Shown here piece by piece: positions 1-14,599 of a stretch of DNA of 64,000 nt. Where the stretch lies: assembly GCA_964016885.1 (NCBI GenBank), contig OZ024754.1, forward strand, positions 1,550,001 through 1,614,000, written 5' to 3'. The notes beneath the pieces are model-generated. The model did no database searches. It was given only the letters and a program-made list of their open reading frames with translations, and had not been told where the DNA came from. The DNA is from Eledone cirrhosa. Taxonomy: Eukaryota. The stretch's first letter is position 1. Each line of letters opens with the position of its first letter. Made by a program: the position numbers and the translations under genes.

Positions 1-36
1 TCTCTCTAACACACACACACACACATACACATATAT

Positions 37-68
<32 letters not shown>

Positions 69-641
69 CTATATATATATTAATGTTGGATTATATATAT
101 ATAATACACTCTCTCTATATTGCGAGGACATACACACATATTGACAACAATTATAACACTGATCCACCTTCTCTGCCCTTCCCATAACCGTAATTGTCAC
201 CATCATCATCATCAGCGTTACCACCACCACCACCACCACCACCACTACAAAAAAAAAAACAAATAAAATACCATTCAACAAGGCCAACAACAACAACACC
301 AATATAAACAATAAATTTTATTTCATTCTAACGAACAATAAAACATAAAAAACAATGTTTACAGTTTTAACATGTTATTACAAACTTATTCCAGCTATGA
401 CCTCTTTCTTCCTTTCTTCATCTTTCTTCACTCCAGCTTCCTAAAGCTCACTCACCCCACCACGTCTAGTTTAGTCCTCAATCCTCACTTATATAACACT
501 ACCAGGAACTACTCACAATTACATCGTCTTCACAATCCACCATAGATGTAATAAACATGTTGCTTGAGATACAACAACGCAATACATTTCTATAGTTGAG
601 AACTGACAGAATTGCTGAAACTTCGGATCAAATTAAATAGG

Positions 642-874
642 ATCTGATCGGCTCCTTGAACTCTAAAGTCAAATTTGGTCATCTGATCGGCTCCTTGAAC
701 TCTAACGTCAAATTTCTTCATCTGATCGGCTCCTTGAACTCTAAGGTCAAATTTGGTCATCTGATCGGCTCCTTGAACTCTAACGTCAAATTTCTTCATC
801 TGATCGGCTCCTTGAGCTCTAAGGTCAAATTTTGTCATCTGATCGGTTGCTGAGCTCTAAGGTCAAATGTAGTC
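642..874. repeat. 39-bp minisatellite, about 6 units, alternating A/B variants
   Basis: Unit ATCTGATCGGCTCCTTGAACTCTAA(G/C)GTCAAATTT(GG/CT)TC starts at 642, 681, 720, 759, 798 and 837. Confidence 0.95.
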
Positions 875-1318
875 TTCATACTTTGAGCTTGATAAATAAA
901 GGACCAGTGCATGAGTGATGGATTGGTAGAATTTAAAAACAACGAACGATGTTGTTTTCGGCATCTAATCCGGTTCAGGGCATTGAGTTCAAATCCTACG
1001 TTATATTGACGGGATTTGCTGTAAACAGATATTACCAACAACGTAAAAAACCCAATGCAGACATATAGTTTGCTTGGTCCTATCTGATGATCGGCTACTT
1101 TACTTTAAGTACTTAACGTTACACCATTTCAAGTGCTGTAGTATGTGGTTTTACTTATGTCTACAATATATGTTTGCACTATCAACTGATCTACGTTGAG
1201 TTATCTCCCGTTGCTTCATGCAAATTGTTTGGATAATTCCAGTAATCAAAGATTTTCAAGAAAGAATATTACAAACATGAGATACTAACGTTCTCCCCTC
1301 GTCTCTCCCTCTCCCCCC

Positions 1319-1466
<148 letters not shown>

Positions 1467-2909
1467 GTGTTTACGATGTTTATGATAAATTTAAAAATTA
1501 AATAATATATTTAAACACGCGAAATAATATGACGAAAAGAAACAGGCAGACCCCCTACAACTACATAGGCCATGACACTAAGGTTACACCATATATAAAC
1601 ATGTGTGTGTGTGTGAGACATGCCTTTTTGTATGTGTACATACATATTTATATATGTGTGTGTGTGTGGGAGAGAGAGAGAGAGATTTCTGTAATAAGTA
1701 AATAGTAAATATTCCATCTTGAGTGGTAACATGAGACCCGCTCATGCTGCGTGTTTTGTGATGTCAAATCACCGCCGCCACCATCGCCCCAACCCCATCA
1801 CCACTATCACTCCACTCCCACCACCACACCACCACCACCACTATCACTCCACTCCCACCATTACCACCACCACTATCACTCCACTCCCACCATCACACTG
1901 CCACCACCACCACCACCACCACCACCACCACCACTATCAGCCCACCACCACCATCACCCCACCACCACCCTTTAACACCACCACCACCCTCTAACACCAC
2001 CAACCCAACCCCCACCACCCTCTAACACCACCACTATCACTCCACTCCCACCATCACACTACCGCCACCACCACCATCACTATCAGCCCACCACCACCAT
2101 CACCCCACCACCACCCTCTAACACCACCACCACCACCACTGGTAGTAGAGTTATTAAACAACAGTTGACATGACCTCAGAAGACCTGATGGCGACATCAC
2201 CTAGACACAAACAATTCTTTTACTACGGCTGCACTGGTAAATATTGGTGATGGTCGTGGTGGTGGTGGTGGTGTTAGAGAGCGGTGGTGGTGTGGTGTTG
2301 TGATGGTGTTGCTGGTGTTAGAGAGCGGTGGAGGTGGTGATAGTGATGTTAGAGAGTGGTGGAGGCGATGGTGGTGGTGTTAGAGAGTGGTGGAGGTGGT
2401 GGTGGTGGTGTTAGAGAGCAGTGGAGGCGGTGGTGGCGGTGTTAGAGAGTGGTGGAGGCGGTGGTGGTTGTGTTAGAGAGCGGTGGTGGTGTGGTGTTGT
2501 GATGGTGTTGCTGGTGTTAGAGAGCGGTGGAGGTGGTGATAGTGATGTTAGAGAGTGGTGGAGGCGATGGTGGTGGTGTTAGAGAGCGGTGGAGGTGGTG
2601 GTGTTAGAGAGCGGTGGTGGTGTTAGAGAGCAGTGGAGGCGGTGGTGTGTTGTGTTAGAGGGTGGCGGTGGTGTGTTGTGGTCGTCGAACAGTTAAGATC
2701 TTCTGTAATGATTTGGTTCCGGGTTCAATCCCACTCCGGGGTATTTTGGAGCGAAAGTCTCCACTCAACCGAAGCTTTCATTACTCTTCAGATGAACTGT
2801 GTCTCATACTGAATCTCCCTGGGAGATAATATCACTGATCCTCATGTCTATAGAATGCTTAGACACTTAGATGTTAATTTCATAAGCTGGCTGTTCTATT
2901 GTTCGAGAA

Positions 2910-2964
<55 letters not shown>

Positions 2965-3833
2965 CGTGTGTGTGTGTGTGCATATGTATGTATGTCTATA
3001 TATATGTGTGTGTGTAGCTGTCTGTCTGAACACTCTTTACAATTAGTCACGTGATGCAGTGTGTGTTATATGCTCAGTATCCCCCCCTCTCTCTCTCAAT
3101 TTTACTGATGAAATCTAATAAGGCCGAAACATCCATTGCTTTCACTAGTTGGTTAGAAGGATAACATTCTATTGTATTGCATTACATATTCAGAAGTTAC
3201 GATCAGTTGCTTTTGCAAGAGTTCTTTCCCTTGTTTGCTTTTTTATGTGTCCACCGTTGAACGGAGATTTTTATTTTCCTTTGAATATAATACATATTGG
3301 GAAGTGTCACGGCTGGAACGCCTTAGATAATTCGTCTGTTTCATGAAAGTCGGTCTAGGACTTGACAACAATAACAACAATAACAACATCAGCCACGACA
3401 GAGATTGCAATGGAGTCGACTATAACGTTGATAATAGTGATGGTTATTACCATGACGATGGTTATTACCATGACATGGATGTATATAATGATGAATAGGA
3501 GGATGAAGAGGATGGTGAAGTGGGTGATGATGGCCATAGTGCACACTATAGTCTTCCTGTCTTACATAAACCCCCTCTTCCTCCTCCTCATCCACATCCT
3601 CCACCACCTCCTCATCCACACATATCACTTTTGCTTCCTTCTCATTCTCCTTCACAGTCGTATTTTTCCTTCTTCTTCTTCTTCTTCTTCTTCTTCTTCT
3701 TCTTCTTCTTCTTCTTCTTCTTCTTCTGCTTCTTCTTCTTTATTATAAATCATATTTACTTTACCAGCAACATAGATTCTATTATGTAATAATTACACAT
3801 TGTCAACTTTTCTTCATCTTCACACACACACGA

Positions 3834-3923
<90 letters not shown>

Positions 3924-3934
3924 ACACACACATA

Positions 3935-3973
<39 letters not shown>

Positions 3974-4067
3974 ACACAGACAGGAAGACACACACAATCG
4001 TGATACACACACACATACACACACATACACATACACACTCATACACATATATATATAAGTACAATTG

Positions 4068-4112
<45 letters not shown>

Positions 4113-4188
4113 ATGGTAATGCAATACAGTTAATCCAAAATGGCTGCCAATATTCATTGGATCCAAACTAAAACGCTCTTAGAAGAGT

Positions 4189-4232
<44 letters not shown>

Positions 4233-4772
4233 GACAAAGAGAGAGAGTGTAAAAGGAAGAGAACATATAGGAGAGAGAGAGAGACTAAAGGCTATCTTTG
4301 GTAGTGGTGATGGTAGAGGTGGTGATGGTAGTAGTAGAGGTAGTGGTGGTGTTAGGGGTGGTGGTAGTGGTAATAGTAGTGGTGGCTGTGGTGGTGTTAG
4401 TGGTGGTGGTAGTGGTAGTAGTAGTGGGGGCGGTGGTGTTAGTGTTAGTAGTGGTAGTAGTAGTGGTGGCGGTGGTGTTAGTGGTGGCGGTGGTAGAAGT
4501 AGTGGTGGTAGTAGTGGTGAGTGTATGAGTGTAACGGATTAAAGCAGAAAGAGAAACCATTTCAATAATTCTCCAAACAGTTGGTGAGGATTATATGAAG
4601 GATCTGTGGATAAGAGGAAACCTTGTAAATATGTTTGTTGTGGGTGGATGGAGGTTTTGTGTGAAACCAGTGGAAGCCATCTTTAACTTTATAGTTATAT
4701 CAACTTATTGTTGTTGTTGCTGATGATGTTAGAGCTGTCTCTCTCTCTCTCCCTGCCCCCTCTCTCTCTCTG

Positions 4773-4850
<78 letters not shown>

Positions 4851-4851
4851 C

Positions 4852-4895
<44 letters not shown>

Positions 4896-4956
4896 ATATA
4901 CATATATTATATATCTTTTTCTCTCTCTCTCTATACATCTCTCTCTCTATATATAT

Positions 4957-5008
<52 letters not shown>

Positions 5009-5107
5009 GCCTTACCTTACCTTTTTCTCACTTAATGAAATCGTAAAGGATTAACGTAAACATTAATGATATTATGTGTATAATACTGTTGACATAGAGA
5101 AACATAT

Positions 5108-5243
<136 letters not shown>

Positions 5244-5501
5244 ATGTATATATATGTATATATATATATAAATATATATATGTGTGTATGCATGTATATG
5301 TATATATATATAAATATATATACATATATACATATATATATATATATACATATATATACATGTATGTATATATGTATGTATTTGTATATATATCTATAAA
5401 TATGTATATATATATATATATATATATATGTATGCACATGTGTATGTGTCTGTATATATATATATATACGTGTGTGTGCCTGTGTTTATGTATATATATG
5501 T

Positions 5502-5586
<85 letters not shown>

Positions 5587-5590
5587 CACG

Positions 5591-5636
<46 letters not shown>

Positions 5637-5711
5637 CGCACACACATGTTCATACAATGTAGCAACAGTAATTCTAGCGGTGTAATAAACAATTATCTAT
5701 TCCAGTAGTGA

Positions 5712-5755
<44 letters not shown>

Positions 5756-5784
5756 GTTATGTAATAAACCACATAATGCAATTA

Positions 5785-5844
5785 TTCCATTTACCAGTGG
5801 TTTCTTAAAAGCAAAAGATTTTGCTTTCGATCCTCAGAATGAAA
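5785..5844 (-). ncRNA. Minimal type-I hammerhead ribozyme (inverted copy in the left arm)
   Basis: Reverse complement reads TTTCATT-CTGAGGA-TCGAAAGCAAAATCTTTTGCTTTTAA-GAAA-CCACTGG-TA-AATGGAA, with one mismatch in stem II. Confidence 0.72.
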
Positions 5845-5924
5845 AAATCCTGGTCTGTTTATTGAATTTGGATTTTAAAAACAAATTTAATAAAATCCAA
5901 ATTTAATAAACAGACCAGGATTTT

Positions 5925-5984
5925 TTTCATTCTGAGGATTGAAAGCAACATTTTTTGCTTTTAAGAAACCACTGGTAAATGGAA
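5925..5984 (+). ncRNA. Minimal type-I hammerhead ribozyme
   Basis: Stem I TTTCATT/AATGGAA; core CTGAGGA (5932-5938); 10-bp stem II TTGAAAGCAA/TTGCTTTTAA; GAAA (5965-5968); short stem III CC-ACT-GG; GUA cleavage triplet (5975-5977). Confidence 0.8.
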
Positions 5985-6081
5985 TAATTGCATTATGTTG
6001 TTTATTACATAACTATTAAGCTCTGTTACCTACATAGAGCACTCTTTTTTCCTGGACTTTTCCGACGGAATTACTTCATTT

Positions 6082-6124
<43 letters not shown>

Positions 6125-6422
6125 TATATATATATAAGTGTGTGTATGTATATATATATATATACATATACTAATTTCTTTAGAGGGAAGCTGTTTGGAA
6201 GCCCATCGGATGAACTCTAGCCGTAATTGTATGACACTGAGTTTCGTTGTAAATCTCGTCTGCTTATAGCGTAACTTCATATTCTCTCGATCGAAAAACT
6301 AGAACCTTCATCGTCGAAACTGACAGAGATCCATTTCATTATGTTTCTCGACTGAGTTCAAATCACACCACAGTCAACTTTGTCCAGGATAATTTAAATA
6401 AAATAAAGTAGCCGTCTATCTA

Positions 6423-6670
6423 AGCTACATGTTCGTTCTTCAGCTACATATTCTTTCTCCAGCTACATGTTCTTTCTCCAGCTACATGTTAATTCTCCAG
6501 CTATATGTTCGTTCTCCAGCTACATGTTCCCTCTTCAGCTACATGTTCTTTCTCCAGCTACATGTTCGTTCTTCAGCTACATGTTCTTTCTCCAGCTACA
6601 TGTTCGTTCTTCAGCTACACGTTCTTTCTTCAGCTACATGTTCTTTCTTCAGCTACATGTTCTTTCTTCC
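6423..6670. repeat. 19-bp minisatellite, about 13 units
   Basis: Tandem AGCTACATGTTC(G/T)TTCT(T/C)C. Confidence 0.95.
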
Positions 6671-7319
6671 TCACTAAATTTGGGGTCTGTACCTATTCCC
6701 GTGTCCTAAATAATAGGTGGGGTGAGGGGGGTGGGACTATTCAAGGCCTGAGAGCAGGTGAGAAGCTATATATACAATATCGGTAGGTGACCTGTAATTT
6801 CATGAAAACCTTGATGAAGTAGATCTTATATCAAAGTAGTTTTAGATAAGGCCATACACCCTATTGATTTAAATCAAAGTATAGGATGACAACCTTGTTG
6901 GCAGGGTGTTGCTTGTGGTGTTGGTTAGTGTTGTAGTTGTTGTAGTTATTGTAATATAGGTTGGCATCATTATCAGCACCTGTAGTAGTAGTAGTAGCAG
7001 TAGTAGCAGTAGTAGTAGTCGTAGTAGTAGTATCAGCAGTAGTAGTACTAGTACTAGTAGTAGTAGTAGTAGTAGTAATAGTAGCAGTAGTAGCAGTAGT
7101 AGTAGTAGTAGCAGTAGTTGTGGTAGTAGTGGTAGTAGTAGTAGTTGTAGTAGTAGTAGCAATAGTAGTAGCAGTAGTAGTAGCAGTAGCAGTAGCAGTA
7201 GTAGTAGCAGTAGTAGTAGTAGTAGCAGTAGTAGTAGCAGTAGTAGCAGTAGTAGTAGTAGTAGTTCTAGTAGTAGTAGTAATTTTAAGTACCATGCTGG
7301 GGTGCAACAGGGTATTGGA

Positions 7320-7366
<47 letters not shown>

Positions 7367-8095
7367 AATACAAAAAAGTGAGGTTTAGAAGATAAGGAAG
7401 GATGGAGAATTCAGTTCATATTTCCATAAGAATCTGATTAAACCAATATATAAATACACCAGCTCCGTCTCCATTACCACACGAGACCAATCTTTAGCTT
7501 TTACTGCCTTAACACACCTCATCAGAACATTGAATGTTTCACCAACCTCAACATCCTTTATATATCACAATAATACTGTTGCAGCTTTTTACGTCACCTA
7601 ATAATATTTAACGTCGCCACTACGTCATTATACCATACTACAACACCACCACTATACCATGCTACAACACCACAACTATACCATACTATAATACCACAAC
7701 TATACCATGCTACAACACCAACGCTATACCATACTACAATACCACCACTATACCATACTATAATACCACCACTATACCATACTACAACACCAACACTAAA
7801 CCATACTATAATACCAACGTCTCACCAAACTACAATACCACCACTATACCATGCTACAATACCACTTTAACAAGCCACAACGCCACCTCTATACCATAAT
7901 ACACTACTATACAAGCCACAACACCACCACTATACCACATTACACTACAACACAAACCACAACACCACCATCGCTACACTGTATTACATCGGGCGCGTGT
8001 GTGTGACACACGTTTTACACAACACAATAGTAACACAGCTTGGATCCGACACACCCTGCTGAAGGGAGCAGGGGTGGCCGGGTGGGTGATCCGAA

Positions 8096-8182
8096 CAACT
8101 ACAACGACACCAACAACAACACCAACAACAACACCAACAACAACACCAACAACACTATCAACACCAACAACAACAACATCAC

Positions 8183-8214
<32 letters not shown>

Positions 8215-9211
8215 CCAACAACAACAACATCAACAACAACACCATCAACACCGTCAACACCAACAACAACATCAACAACAACACCATCAACAACACCAAC
8301 AAAAACAACTACAACATCAACACCATCAACACAAAACAACAACACCAACAACAACACCACCACCAACAACACCAACAACAAAACCAACAACAACAACAAC
8401 ACCAACAACAACACCAACAACAACAACACCATCAACACCAACAACACCAACAACAACACCAACCACACAAACACCAACAAAACCAGCAACAACACCAACA
8501 ACACCAACAACAACATCAACATCAACAACACCAACAACAAAACCAACAACAACAACAACACCAACAACAACACCAACAACAACAACACCATCAACACCAA
8601 CAACAACACCAACCACACAAACACCAACAAAACCAGCAACAACACCAACAACACCAACAACAACATCAACATCAACAACACCAACAACAACACCAACAAC
8701 AACATCAACATCAACAACAACTCCAACAACACCACCAACACCAACACCAACACCACCACCACCACCAACACCACCAACACCAACAACAACAACAACAACA
8801 ACACCAACAACACCAACAACAACATCAACATCAACAACACCAACAACAACAACACCAACAACAACACCAACAACAACAACACCATCAACACCAACAACAC
8901 CAACAACAACACCAACCACACCAACACCAACAAAACCAGCAACAACACCAACAACACCTTCAACACCAACAACAACAACACCTCCACCAACACCAACAAC
9001 AACACCAACAACACCAACAACAACATCAGCATCAACAACACCAACAACAACATCAACATCAACAACAACTCCAACAACACCAACAACAACACCACCAACA
9101 ACACCACCAACACCACCACCACCACCAACACCACCAACAACACCACCAACACCACCACCACCACCAACACCACCACCACCACCAACACCACCAACAACAA
9201 CAACAACAACA
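8096..9211. repeat. Degenerate (AAC/ACC)n trinucleotide array
   Basis: About 1.1 kb of AAC/ACC/ATC triplets with internal block duplications; open in several frames. Confidence 0.95.
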
Positions 9212-9463
9212 ATTGATACAATACTATAAAGCTATTTGTACCAGCTTACATCGAAACGTTTCCAGTTTCCGCCACAAACCAATATAGATGCGATATTTAT
9301 TACAGCTATTATATCCATATAAATGTTTATCGTATACAAGATAACCTTTATTGTTATTATCACATACAGAGAAATTGTGGAAGCTGTGGTATATATATTT
9401 TATTTGGCCGTTAGGTTCTCTTATCAACCGAATCTCTGCTTTATACAAGCAAGTGATATAGTC

Positions 9464-9503
<40 letters not shown>

Positions 9504-9947
9504 CCTGGGGGTGTGGGGTGCGGTTGTGTGTGTGTGGGGGGGTGTGTCTGTGTGTGGGTGTTTGTGTGGAGGTTTGTGTGTGCGGGTTTGTGTGTGTCTC
9601 TGTGTTGGGTGGGGTGTGTGTGTGTGTCTGTGTGTGGGTGTTTGTGTGGAGGTTTGTGTGTGGGGTTTGTGTGTGTCTGTATGTGGGGGTTTGTGTGTAT
9701 GTCTGTGTGGGGGTTTGTGTGTGTCTGTGTGGGGGTTTGTGTGTGTGTGTATGTGGGGGTTTGTGTGTATGTCTGTGTGGGGGTTTGTGTGTGTCCTGTG
9801 TGGTGGTTTGTGTGTGTGGGGTTTGTGTGTGTCTGTGTGTGCGTTTCTGTCTGTAAAGCACACACACGTAGACACACACATTTATACATATACAAGTATA
9901 CACATATACACATATGTTCATTAGAAGAATATGTGTATCTAAGTAGG

Positions 9948-9978
<31 letters not shown>

Positions 9979-10040
9979 TTATATATATAAAAATGTATAT
10001 ATATATTTATTTATATATATAAAAATGTAAGTCCAAAGAA

Positions 10041-10119
<79 letters not shown>

Positions 10120-10130
10120 ATATATGTATA

Positions 10131-10361
<231 letters not shown>

Positions 10362-10370
10362 GTATATATG

Positions 10371-10494
<124 letters not shown>

Positions 10495-10655
10495 TGTATA
10501 TATATGTATATATGTATATATATATATATGTGTATATATGTGTGTATATATGTATATATGTGTGTATATATGTATATATGTGTGTATATATATGTATACA
10601 TATATATATATATATGTATATATGTGTGTATATATATATATATGTATATATGTAG

Positions 10656-10690
<35 letters not shown>

Positions 10691-10700
10691 TATAAATATA

Positions 10701-10733
<33 letters not shown>

Positions 10734-12347
10734 GTGTGTATATATATATGTGTGTGTATATATATATATACGTTTAATCGTGCACACGACATACAAGAAG
10801 GTTAACAGAAATAATTAAGATATAACTGAAAGTAATGGCGGCGGCGGCGACTGCTGAATGGTGGTGGTGGAGGTGAAGGTGGCGGTGGTGGTGTTGTTGG
10901 TGGTGGTGGAGGTGAAGGTGGTGTTGTTGTTGGTGGAGGTGGTGAAGGTGGTGGTGGTGGTGGTGGAGGTGGTGAAGGAGGTGGGTGTGGTGAAGGAGGT
11001 GGTGAAGGAGGTGGTGGTGGTGGTGGGTGTGGTGAAGGAGGTGGTGGTGGAGGTGGTGGTGGTGGTGGGTGTGGTGAAGGAGGTGGTGGTGGAGGAGGAG
11101 GTGGTGGTGGTGGAGGAGGTGAAGAAGGTGGTGGCGTAGCACACGACGCTAAGCAGATGTAAAGCAGATGTGATGAATAACATAGATGAAGGCAAAAGAT
11201 ATATGTATTCCATTAAATATCTTACTATCACACTATATAGTTATCCACTCACACCACCACCACCACCGCTACCACCACCACCACCACCACAACCACTGCC
11301 ACTACCACCACCACCACTACCACCACCACCACTGCCACCACCACCACCGCCACTACAGCACCACCACTACCACCACCATCATCACCACCACCACCACCAC
11401 CACCACTATCAACACCCTCACCACTACCACCACTGCCACCACCACTGCCACCACCACCACCAACACCACCACCGCCACCAACACCACCACCACTACCACC
11501 ACCACGGCCACTACACCACTACAGCACTATCACCACCACCATGACTACCACTGCCACCACCATCAACACCACCACTACCACCACCACTACACCACTACAG
11601 CACCACCACACCACTACACCACTGCCACCACTAGCATCACCAGCAGCACCAGTGATGTGGTGGTGGGGTAGTGGTGCTGATGGTGGTGATGTAGTGGTAG
11701 TGTAGTGATGGTGGTGGTGTAGTGGTGGTGGTGGTGGTGGTGTAGTGATGGTGGTGGTGTAGTGGTGGTGGTGATGTAGTGGAGGTGTAGTGGTGGTGTA
11801 GTGATGGTGGTGGTGTAGTGGTGGTGGTGATGTAGTGATGGTGGTGGTGTAGTGGTGGTGGTGATATGGAGTGGTGGTTTAGTGGTGGTGGTGATATGGA
11901 GTGGTGGTTTAGTGGTGGTGGTGGTGGTGATAAGGAGTGGAGGTTTAGTGGTGGTGGTGATATGGAGTGGTGGTTTAGTGGTGGTGGTGGTGGTGGTGGT
12001 GATATGGAGTAAATAGTTTCTGAGATAACAAACAAGAAAGTTGTATGAAAAACTCGAAGGTTGAAATGTCCATTTCATTATATATTTTATTAAGTCGTAT
12101 ATGTATGTGTGCGCACACTTACATATACGCTCACACATACACACACGCACACACACACACACACATACACACACGCATACCCCCCCCCCACAATATATAT
12201 ATATATGTGTGTGTGCGTGTGTGAGTCCCGGGTTCAATCGGGAGTAACCACAGTAAATAAGGTACTCAATACATTAGTAGAGTGTAAACAATATTTAATA
12301 TAGAAATGGCTTCTACAGGAAACAGATCTGGTTCTGTATTTCTCCCT

Positions 12348-12424
<77 letters not shown>

Positions 12425-12447
12425 TATATATATATATATATATATAT

Positions 12448-12627
12448 AAGTATTGAAGTTTCCGTTGAAAATAGAAAAAGTTATAGGGGTGAAGAGTGCT
12501 CTATGTAAGTTACAGAGCTAAATTTAATGTATAATAAACAATACAATATAATTACCTCACTACCAGAGGTTTCCCGAATAAGAGGAATACAAGAAACGTC
12601 CTCATTCGTTCGTCGGACAAGGCAATT
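12448..12627 (-). mobile_element. Diverged Penelope-like terminus with hammerhead motif
   Basis: Minus strand: 11-bp stem I AATTGCCTTGT/GTGAGGTAATT (with G-U pairs), CCGACGA core, stem II CGAAT-GAGGA/TCCTC-ATTCG, GAAA-CC-TCT-GG-TA. It is followed by the GCTCTGTAACTTACATAGAGCAC tail, which ends at (TA)n. Confidence 0.65.
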
Positions 12628-13008
12628 TAAAACATAGTGAAATATTTGAAAAATCTCCTCAAGAAAGGCAAAAGTTTAACGGGCAAAAAAATATATAAAT
12701 AAAAATTTATGCAAGAGATATATAAAAATAAAATAAGGAAATATCGTAAGGGGATGTGTATAAATGTGTGTATATTCACTCACAAATGTACATATGTGTG
12801 TATGTACAAATGTATGTGTATAGTGAAAAAATGTGTGCGTAAGTACATATATGAGGGCAAGCATATCAGTGTATGTGTGACCACAAATACGTATATAATA
12901 TATGTTGAAAAAGAAATTGTAAGATAATAGAGTTAACGTACATCCAGACTCAGGTACTAAGGATTGAAATATATGTACACACATACACACACACATATAT
13001 ATGTACAT

Positions 13009-13079
<71 letters not shown>

Positions 13080-13284
13080 ATCGAATGGGTTTACCAACAG
13101 GGGTACTCAATATTTTCCTTCACTATATATTCGAAGCTAGGGTTCCCCGACTTAGAAGTTCTTGATAAAATCCAGATTAAACAATTGAATAAATAAATAA
13201 ACACACATACTTTATTTACCTTCATTTTCCTGTATTTAGACTCAAACTTTCTATCTGAATTTACTATAAAAACCAATTCTACGC

Positions 13285-13440
13285 CAGGCGGTGAATTGGT
13301 CGAGTTGTTAGAACGTCGGATACAATGGCTATTGCGTCCACTTCTCTGGTCCTTGAGTTCAAATCCCGACAAAGTCATCTTTGTCTTTCATTCTTTTTTA
13401 GGTCGATATAAAACAAAAGTACCAGTCTTGTACTGGGATC
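13285..13440 (+). mobile_element. tRNA-derived SINE family A, diverged copy
   Basis: B-box GTTCAAATCCC followed by a degenerate TTTGCCTTTCATCC...GTCGAT...GTACCAGT body. Confidence 0.75.
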
Positions 13441-13787
13441 GATTTTTCGATCGATTTTTCATCTCGCTCTCTCTCTCTTTTCCATTCTCTCTGTCTCTTG
13501 CTCGCTCTCTCTCATCTATTCTCTCTCTCTCTTTCTCTCCCCACCGATTGAACAACAAGACCACTCATCGTCGATGACGGTGGATGTCCATTCCATCAAT
13601 ATCTATTATTTAAGTGTTGTGCAATTTGTCCTTTACACATATTGATATTTCTATCGAAATATTCTCTATTTGGGCTTTGAAAATTATGCCAATTATATAT
13701 ATATACTACTCGTATATATACACATATACATATATACATACACACACACACATATATATATATATACACATATATACATACACACAC

Positions 13788-13863
<76 letters not shown>

Positions 13864-14512
13864 ACGCACACACATATATATATGTGTGCGCGTTTGTCTA
13901 ACCATCTCATTCAAACACAGGTTTTTTTTTCATCATAATCACAGTCAATTTATCTCCTCCACCACCATCACTACCACCACCACCATCACTACCATCACCA
14001 CCACCATCACCACCATCACTACCACCATCACCATCACCACCACCATCATCACCACCACCACCACCACCACCACCACCACCACCACCACCACTCTCTCTCT
14101 CTCTCTCTCACTCTCTGTCTATCTCTCTCTTATTCTCACTCTCTCTCTTACCCCCTCTCACTCCCTCTCACTCCCCCTCTCTCCTCCATTCGTTCCTTTC
14201 CTCTCACGTTTCTCTCCCAGTGATAGAAAAGAACGGTGCAGTGAAATGTTAGTCACATGACAGTCACATGATAGTCACATGACAGTACTGCAGCTATTCA
14301 ATTCAATTTATATAATGGATATTGGACAGCTGAGATTGAAATAACTACCATCGCCATCCCCTCCACTCCTCTCTCTTTCTCTCTCACATACACAGACACA
14401 CATAGACACACACACACACACACATACACACGCACATATACACACATACATACAATCCTGTATTGTTTCTGTTGACTTCAGCATATCTCTCCCTCTCTCC
14501 CTCTCTCTCTCT

Positions 14513-14566
<54 letters not shown>

Positions 14567-14599
14567 CTATCCATCTATATATCTATCTATCTCTCCAAC

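Larger units (their letters stand above)
5753..6082 (+). mobile_element. Fold-back element (Penelope-like retroelement terminus) in (TA)n
   Basis: Inverted arms of about 125 bp (5753-5877 / 5891-6016) with a 13-nt spacer, followed by an unduplicated 66-nt tail. It contains a hammerhead motif and is flanked by TA/CA repeats. Related tails occur at 12.5k, 16.5k and 54.4k. Confidence 0.75.

Noticed and set aside
3105-3150. Hammerhead candidate CTGATGA-AATCTAATAAGGCC-GAAAC
   Set aside because: Stem II is poorly paired and no stem III, NUH site or stem I can be formed; at best a decayed remnant.
7515-7545. Minus-strand GAAA-CATTCAATG-TT-CTGATGA hammerhead-like words
   Set aside because: There is no stem I between the cleavage triplet and the core, and no stem II pairing.
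7974-9287. 400-aa poly-Q/H, poly-N/T and poly-L/V ORFs
   Set aside because: Open in several frames on both strands only because the AAC/ACC repeat lacks stops; no domain or splice support.
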